From Eledone cirrhosa (lineage: Eukaryota), in assembly GCA_964016885.1 (NCBI GenBank), contig OZ024741.1, positions 263,996,001 to 264,060,000 of the forward strand: 64,000 nt of DNA, read 5' to 3'. Every line of letters starts with the position of its first letter. The stretch's first letter is position 1. The notes beneath the pieces were generated by a model, which was not told the origin of the DNA, did no database searches, and saw nothing but the letters and a program-made list of their open reading frames with translations. Shown one piece after another: positions 55,101 through 64,000 of this stretch. A program made the translations under genes and the position numbers.

Positions 55101-58100
55101 TCTTTTTAACTCTCCAGCCATTGACCAACTGGGACCACCATGATGCACGAGTACTGAGCTGGTATTTTACAGACACAGATCTCATTTTAACTCTTCAGCT
55201 ATTGACCAACTGGAACCTCCATGGTATATGAGTTCTGAGCTGGTATTTTACAGACACAGATTTCCTTTTAACTCTCCAGCCATTGACCAACTGGGACCAC
55301 CATGGTGTATGAGTACTGAGGTGGTATTTTACAGAAACAGATCACCTTTTAACTCTCCAGCTATTGACCAACTGCGACCACCATGGTATATGAGTTCCGA
55401 GCTGGTATTTTACAGACACAGATCTCCTTTTAACTCTCCAGCCATTGACCAACTGGGACCACCATGATGTATGAGTACTGAGCTGGTATTTTACAGACTC
55501 AGAGCTCCTTTTAACTCTCCAGCTATTGACCAACTGGGACCTCCTTGGTATATGAGTTCTGAGCTGGAATTTTACAGACACAGATCTCCTTTTAACTCTC
55601 CAGGTCTTGACCAACTGGGACCACCATGGTCTGTAAGTTCTGAGCTGGTATTTTACAGACACAGATCTCCTTTTAACTCTCCAGCCATTGACCAACTGGG
55701 ACCACCATGGTGTATGAGTACTGAGGTGGTATTTTACAGACACAGATCTCCTTTTAACTCTCCAGCCATTGACCAACTGGGACCACCATGGTATGTAAGT
55801 TCTGAGCTGGTATTTTACAGACACAGATCTCCTTTTAACTCTCCAGCTATTGACCAACTGGGACTTCCATGGTGTATGAGTTCTGAGCTGGTATTTTACA
55901 GACACAGCTCTCCTTTTAACGCTCCAGCCATTGACCAACTGGGACCTCCATGTTGTATGAGTTCTGAGCTGGTATTTTACAGACACAGATCTCCTTTTAT
56001 TCTCCAGCTATTGACCAACTGGGACCTCCATGGTGTATGAGTACTGAGCTGGTATTTTCAGACACAGATCTCCTTTTAACTGTCCAGCCATTGACCAACT
56101 GGGACTACCATGGTGTATGAGTACTGAGGTGGTATTTTACAGACACAGATCTCCTTTTAACTCTCCAGCCATTGACCAACTGGGACCACCATGATGTATG
56201 AGTACTGAGGTGGTATTTTACAGAAACAGATCTCCTTTTAACTCTCCAGCTATTGACCAACTGGGACCTCCATGGTATATGAGATCGGAGCTGGTATTTT
56301 ACAGACACAGATCTGCTTTTAACTCTCCAGCTATTGGCCAACTGGAACATCCATGTTGATTTTGTTCTGAGCTGGTATTTTACAGACACAGATCTACTTT
56401 CAACTCTCCAGCCATTGACCAACTGGGACCACCATGGTATATGAGTACTGAGCTGGTATTTTACGGATTCAGATCTCCTTTTAACTCTTCAGCTATTGAC
56501 CAACTGGAACCTCCATGGTATATGAGTTCTGAGCTGGTATTTTACAGACACATATCTCCTTTTAACTCTCCAGCCATTGACCAACTGGGACCACCATGGT
56601 GTATGAGTACTGAGGTGGTATTTTACAGACACAGATCTCCTTTTAACTATCCAGCTATTGACCAACTGGGACTTCCATGGTGTATGAGTACTAAGGTGGT
56701 ATTTTACAGACACAGATCTCCTTTTAACTCTCCAGGCCTTGACCAACTGGGACCACCATGGTATGTAAGTTCTGAGCTGGTATTTTACAGACACAGATCT
56801 CCTTTTAACTCTCCAGCTATTGACCTACTGGGACCTCCATGGTATATGAGATCGGAGCTGGTATTTTACAGATACAGATCTCCTTTTAACTCTCCAGCCA
56901 TTGACCAACTGGGACTACCATGGTGTATGAGATCGGAGCTGGTATTTTACAGACACAGATCTGCTTTTAACTCTCCAGCTATTGACCAACTGGAACATCC
57001 ATGTTGTTTTAGTTCTGAGCTGGTATTTTACAGACACAGATCTACTTTTAACTCTCCAGCCATTGACCAACTTAGACCACCATGATGTATGAGTTCTGAC
57101 TTGGTATTTTACAGACACAGCTCTCCTTTTAACACTCCAGCTATTGACCAACTGGTACGACCATGGTGTATGAGTACTGAGCTGGTATTTTACAGACACA
57201 GATCTCCTTTTAACTATCCAGCTATTGACCAACTAGGACTACCATGGTGTATGAGTACTGAGGTGGTATTTTACAGACACAGATTTCCTTTTAACTCTCC
57301 AGCCATTGACCAACTGGAACCACCATGATGTATGAGTACTGAGGTGGTATTTTACAGAAACAGATCTCCTTTTATCTCTCCAACTATTGACCAACTGGGA
57401 CCTCCATGGTACATGAGATCGGAGCTGGTATTTTACAGACACAGATCTCCTTTTAACTCTCCAGCCATTGACCAACTGGGACTACCATGGTGTATGAGTA
57501 CTAAGGTGGTATTTTACAGACACAGATCTCCTTTTAACTCTCTAGCCATTGACCAACTGGGACCACCATGATGTATGAGTACTGAGGTGGTATTTTACAG
57601 AAACAGATCTCCTTTTAACTCTCCAGCTATTGACCAACTGGGATCTCCATGGTATATGAGATCGGAGCTAGTATTTTACAGACAGAGATCTCCTTTTAAC
57701 TCTCCAGCCATTGACAAACTGGGACCACCATGGTATATGAGTACTGAGGTGGTATTTTACAGACACAGATCTGCTTTTAACTCTCCAGCTATTGACCAAC
57801 TGGAACATCCATGTTGTTTTAGTTCTGAGCTGGTAATTTACAGACACAGATCTACTTTTAACTCTCCAGGCATTGACCAACTTGGACCACCATGATGTAT
57901 GAGTTCTGAGTTGGTATTTTACAGACACAGATCTCCTTTTAACTCTCCAGCTATTGACCAACTGGGACCACCATGGTATATGAGTACTGAATGGTATTTT
58001 ACAGAATCAGATCTCCTTTTAACTCTCCAGCCATTGACCAACTGGGACCACCATGATATATGAGTACTGAGCTGGTATTTTACAGACAGGGATCTCCTTT

Positions 58101-61100
58101 TAACTCTCCAGCCATTGACCAACTGGGACCACCATGATGTACGAGAACTGAGCTGGTATTTTAAAAACACAGATCTCCTTTTAACTCTCCAGCCATTGAC
58201 CAACTGGGACCACCATGTTATATGAGTTCTGAGCTGGTATTTTGCAGACACAGATCTCCTTTTAACTCTCCAGCCATTGACCAACTGGGACCACCATGGT
58301 ATATGAGTTCTGAGCTGGTATTTTGCAGACACAGATCTCCTTTTAACTCTCCAGCCATTGACCAACTGGAACCTCCATGGTGTTTTAGTTCTGAGCTGGT
58401 ATTTTACAGACACAGCACTCTTTTTAACTTTCCAGCCATTGACCAACTGGGACCACCATGGTGTATGAGTACTGAGGTGGTATTTTACAGAAACAGATCT
58501 CCTTTTAACTCTCCAGCTATTGACCAACTGGGACCACCATGGTATATGAGTTCCGAGCTGGTATTTTACAGACACAGATCCCCTTTTAACTCTCCAGCCA
58601 TTGACCAACTGGGACCACCATGATGTATGAGTACTGAGCTGGTATTTTACAGACTCAGAGCTCCTTTTAACTCTCCAGCTATTGACCAACTGGGACCTCC
58701 GTGGTATATGAGTTCTGAGCTGGAATTTTACAGACACAGATCTCCTTTTAACTCTCCAGGCCTTGACCAACTGGGACCACCATGGTATGTAAGTTCTGAG
58801 CTGGTATTTTACAGACACAGATCTCCTTTTAACTCTCCAGCCATTGACCAACTGGGACCACCATGGTGTATGAGTACTGAGGTGGTATTTTACAGACACA
58901 GATCTCCTTTTAACTATCCAGCTATTGACCAACTGGGACTTCCATGGTGTATGAGTACTAAGGTGGTATTTTACAGACACAGATCTCCTTTTAACTCTCC
59001 AGGCCTTGACCAACTGGGACCACCATGATGTATGAGTACAGAGGTGGTATTTTACAGAAACAGATCTCCTTTTAACTCTCCAGCTATTGACCAACTGGGA
59101 CCTCCATGGTATATGAGATCGGAGCTGGTATTTTACAGACAGAGATCTCCTTTTAACTCTCCAGCCATTGACAAACTGGGACCACCATGGTATATGAGTA
59201 CTGAGGTGGTATTTTACAGACACAGATCTGCTTTTAACTCTCCAGCTATTGACCAACTGGAACATCCATGTTGTTTTAGTTCTGAGCTTGTAATTTACAG
59301 ACACAGATCTACTTTTAACTCTCCAGCCATTGACCAACTTGGACCACCATGATGTATGAGTTCTGAGTTGGTATTTTACAGACACAGCTCTCCTTTTAAC
59401 GCTCCAGCTATTGACCAACTGGTACGACCATGGTGTATGAGTACTGAGCTGGTATTTTACAGACACAGATCTCCTTTTAACTCTCCAGCCATTGACCAAC
59501 TGGGACCACCATGATGTACGAGTACTGAGCTGGTATTTTACAGACACAGATCTCCTTTTAACCCTCCAGCCATTGACCAACTGGGACCACCATGGTATAT
59601 GAGTTCTGAGCTGGTATTTTGCAGACACAGATCTCCTTTTAACGCTCCAGCCATTGACCAACTGGAACCTCCATGGTGTTTTAGTTCTGAGCTGGTATTT
59701 TACAAACACAGCCCTCTTTTTAACTCTCCAGCCATTGACCAACTGGGACCACCATGATGCACGAGTACTGAGCTGGTATTTTACAGACACAGATCTCATT
59801 TTAACTCTTCAGCTATTGACCAACTGGAACCTCCATGGTATATGAGTTCTGAGCTGGTATTTTACAGACACAGATCTCCTTTTAACTCTCCAGCCATTGA
59901 CCAACTGGGACCACCATGGTGTATGAGTACTGAGGTGGTATTTTACAGAAACAGATCACCTTTTAACTCTCCAGCTATTGACCAACTGGGACCACCATGG
60001 TATATGAGTTCCGAGCTGGTATTTTACAGACACAGATCTCCTTTTAACTCTCCAGCCATTGACCAACTGGGACCACCATGATGTATGAGTACTGAGCTGG
60101 TATTTTACAGACTCAGAGCTCCTTTTAACTCTCCAGCTATTGACCAACTGGGACCTCCTTGGTATATGAGTTCTGAGCTGGAATTTTACAGACACAGATC
60201 TCCTTTTAACTCTCCAGGTCTTGACCAACTGGGACCACCATGGTATGTAAGTTCTGAGCTGGTATTTTACAGACACAGATCTCCTTTTAACTCTCCAGCC
60301 ATTGACCAACTGGGACCACCATGGTGTATGAGTACTGAGGTGGTATTTTACAGACACAGATCTCCTTTTAACTCTCCAGCCATTGACCAACTGGGACCAC
60401 CATGGTATGTAAGTTCTGAGCTGGTATTTTACAGACACAGATCTCCTTTTAACTCTCCAGCTATTGACCAACTGGGACTTCCATGGTGTATGAGTTCTGA
60501 GCTGGTATTTTACAGACACAGCTCTCCTTTTAACGCTCCAGCCATTGACCAACTGGGACCTCCATGTTGTATGAGTTCTGAGCTGGTATTTTACAGACAC
60601 AGATCTCCTTTTATTCTCCAGCTATTGACCAACTGGGACCTCCATGGTGTATGAGTACTGAGCTGGTATTTTCAGACACAGATCTCCTTTTAACTGTCCA
60701 GCCATTGACCAACTGGGACTACCATGGTGTATGAGTACTGAGGTGGTATTTTACAGACACAGATCTCCTTTTAACTCTCCAGCCATTGACCAACTGGGAC
60801 CACCATGATGTATGAGTACTGAGGTGGTATTTTACAGAAACAGATCTCCTTTTAACTCTCCAGCTATTGACCAACTGGGACCTCCATGGTATATGAGATC
60901 GGAGCTGGTATTTTACAGACACAGATCTGCTTTTAACTCTCCAGCTATTGGCCAACTGGAACATCCATGTTGATTTTGTTCTGAGCTGGTATTTTACAGA
61001 CACAGATCTACTTTCAACTCTCCAGCCATTGACCAACTGGGACCACCATGGTATATGAGTACTGAGCTGGTATTTTACGGATTCAGATCTCCTTTTAACT

Positions 61101-61540
61101 CTTCAGCTATTGACCAACTGGAACCTCCATGGTATATGAGTTCTGAGCTGGTATTTTACAGACACAGATCTCCTTTTAACTCTCCAGCCATTGACCAACT
61201 GGGACCACCATGGTGTATGAGTACTGAGGTGGTATTTTACAGACACAGATCTCCTTTTAACTATCCAGCTATTGACCAACTGGGACTTCCATGGTGTATG
61301 AGTACTAAGGTGGTATTTTACAGACACAGATCTCCTTTTAACTCTCCAGGCCTTGACCAACTGGGACCACCATGGTATGTAAGTTCTGAGCTGGTATTTT
61401 ACAGACACAGATCTCCTTTTAACTCTCCAGCTATTGACCTACTGGGACCTCCATGGTATATGAGATCGGAGCTGGTATTTTACAGATACAGATCTCCTTT
61501 TAACTCTCCAGCCATTGACCAACTGGGACTACCATGGTGT
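52150..61540. repeat. Imperfect higher-order duplication of ~57-59 monomers
   Basis: Offsets are 4776 (52313/57089, 53143/57919) and 4614 (55040/59654, 56441/61055). Boundaries are approximate. Confidence 0.85.
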
Positions 61541-64000
61541 ATGAGTACTAAGGTGGTATTTTACAGACACAGATCACCTTTTAACTCTCCAGCTATTGAC
61601 CAACTGGGACCACCATGGTATATGAGTTCCGAGCTGGTATTTTACAGACACAGATCTCCTTTTAACTCTCCAGCCATTGACCAAATGGGACCACCATGAT
61701 GTATGAGTACTGAGCTGGTATTTTACAGACTCAGAGCTCCTTTTAACTCTCCAGCTATTGACCAACTGGGACCTCCTTGGTATATGAGTTCTGAGCTGGA
61801 ATTTTACAGACACAGATCTCCTTTTAACTCTCCAGGTCTTGACCAACTGGGACCACCATGGTATGTAAGTTCTGAGCTGGTATTTTACAGACACAGATCT
61901 CCTTTTAACTCTCCAGCCATTGACCAACTGGGACCACCATGGTGTATGAGTACTGAGGTGGTATTTTACAGACACAGATCTCCTTTTAACTCTCCAGCCA
62001 TTGACCAACTGGGACCACCATGGTATGTAAGTTCTGAGCTGGTATTTTACAGACACAGATCTCCTTTTAACTCTCCAGCTATTGACCAACTGGGACTTCC
62101 ATGGTGTATGAGTTCTGAGCTGGTATTTTACAGACACAGCTCTCCTTTTAACTCTCCAGCCATTGACCAACTGGGACCTCCATGTTGTATGAGTTCTGAG
62201 CTGGTATTTTACAGACACAGATCTCCTTTTATTCTCCAGCTATTGACCAACTGGGACCTCCATGGTGTATGAGTACTGAGCTGGTATTTTCAGACACAGA
62301 TCTCCTTTTAACTGTCCAGCCATTGACCAACTGGGACTACCATGGTGTATGAGTACTGAGGTGGTATTTTACAGACACAGCTCTCCTTTTAACTCTCCAG
62401 CCATTGACCAACTGGGACCACCATGATGTATGAGTACTGAGGTGGTATTTTACAGAAACAGATCTCCGTTTAACTCTCCAGCCATTGACCAACTGAGACC
62501 ACCATAATATATGAGTACTGAGGTGGTATTTTACAGAAACAGATCTCCTTTTAACTCTCCAGCTATTGACCAACTGGGACCTCCATGGTATATGAGATCG
62601 GAGCTGGTATTTTACAGACAGAGATCTCCTTTTAACTCTCCAGCCATTGACAAACTGGGATCACCATGGTATATGAGTACCGAGGTGGTATTTTACAGAC
62701 ACAGATCTGCTTTTAACTCTCCAGCGATTGGCCAACTGGAACATCCATGTTGATTTTGTTCTGAGCTGGTATTTTACAGACACAGATCTACTTTTAACTC
62801 TCCAGCCATTGACCAACTTGGACCACCATGATGTATGAGTTCTGAGTTGGTATTTTACAGACACAGCTCTCCTTTTAACACTCCAGCTATTGACCAACTG
62901 GTACAACCATGGTGTATGAGTACTGAGCTGATATTTTACAGACACAGATCTCCTTTTAACTCTCCAGCCATTGACCAACTGGGACCACCATGATATATGA
63001 GTACTGAGGTGGTATTTTAAAGACACAGATCTCCTTTTAACTCTCCAGCCATTGACCAACTGGGACCACCATGGTATATGAGTACTGAGCTGGTATTTTA
63101 CGGACTCAGATCTCCTTTTAACTCTTCAGCTATTGACCAACTGGAACCTCCATGGTATATGAGTTCTGAGCTGGTATTTTACAGACACAGATCTCCTTTT
63201 AACTCTCCAGCCATTGACCAACTGGGACCACCATGGTGTATGAGTACTGAGGTGGTATTTTACAGACACCGATCTCCTTTTAACTATCCAGCTATTGACC
63301 AACTGGGACTTCCATGGTGTATGAGTACTAAGGTGGTATTTTACAGACACAGATCTCCTTTTAACTCTCCAGGCCTTGACCAACTGGGACCACCATGGTA
63401 TGTAAGTTCTGAGCTGGTATTTTACAGACACAGATCTCCTTTTAACTCTCCAGCTATTGACCAACTGGGACCTCCATGGTATATGAGATCGGAGCTGGTA
63501 TTTTACAGATACAGATCTCCTTTTAACTCTCCAGCCATTGACCAACTGGGACTACCATGGTGTATGAGTACTAAGGTGGTATTTTACAGACACAGATCTC
63601 CTTTTAACTCTTCAGCAATTGACCAACTGGAACCTCCATGGTATATGAGTTCTGAGCTGGTATTTTACAGACACAGATCTCCTTTTAACTCTCCAGCCAT
63701 TGACCAACTGGGACCACCATGGTGTATGAGTACTGAGGTGGTATTTTACAGAAACAGATCACCTTTTAACTCTCCAGCTATTGACCAACTTGGACCACCA
63801 TGGTATATGAGTTCCGAGCTGGTATTTTACAGACACAGATCTCCTTTTAACTCTCCAGCCATTGACCAACTGGGACCACCATGATGTATGAGTACTGAGC
63901 TGGTATTTTATAGACTCAGAGCTCCTTTTAACTCTCCAGCTATTGACCAACTGGGACCTCCTTGGTATATGAGTTCTGAGCTGGAATTTTACAGACACAG

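Larger units (their letters stand above)
10782..64000. repeat. 81-bp satellite array, ~657 monomers, all head-to-tail (continues off the right edge)
   Basis: Consensus ATGGTGTATGAGTACTGAGCTGGTATTTTACAGACACAGATCTCCTTTTAACTCTCCAGCCATTGACCAACTGGGACCACC. ORFs show 27-aa periodicity. No insertion or inversion was seen. Confidence 0.99.

Noticed and set aside
10782-64000. CRISPR-like array or giant repeat-protein gene
   Set aside because: There are no unique spacers; whole monomers repeat. There are no cas genes, the context is eukaryotic, and all frames are broken by recurrent stops and frameshifts.
10782-64000. C2H2 zinc-finger array (common in cephalopods)
   Set aside because: The period is 27 codons, not 28, and no frame has CxxC...HxxxH or a TGEKP linker.
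10782-64000. Monomer as a tRNA, snoRNA or hammerhead retrozyme
   Set aside because: Only fragments resemble these: A-box-like TGGTCCCAGTTGG on the minus strand, ATGATG/CTGA, and CTGATGT and GAAAC in different variants. There is no B box, cloverleaf or complete CUGANGA core.

Overview
Eukaryotic, repeat-dominated window with no credible protein-coding gene. The SINE and LINE fragments resemble, from memory, Octopus/cephalopod repeats (not database-checked). There are three zones. (1) 1-2555: the end of an array of apparently identical 615-bp units. (2) 2556-10781: an ~8-kb spacer with microsatellites, two tRNA-derived SINEs, a CR1-like LINE 3' end, a possible solo LTR, a C-rich tract and many inverted repeats. 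Two inverted-repeat elements (4266-6067 and the 435-bp palindrome at 6375-6809) carry a minimal type I hammerhead ribozyme motif in each arm, four in total, as expected for Penelope-like pseudo-LTRs. (3) 10782-64000: ~657 copies of an 81-bp satellite, with recurring variant monomers and multi-kb higher-order duplications (4774, 1701, ~2.2 kb, 4776/4614 bp). Almost all ORFs in the track are by-products of these repeats. The most interesting signals are the paired hammerheads, which share an unusual stem II architecture, a diverged inverted relative of the 615-bp unit at 7.1-7.9 kb, and the higher-order structure of the 81-bp satellite.
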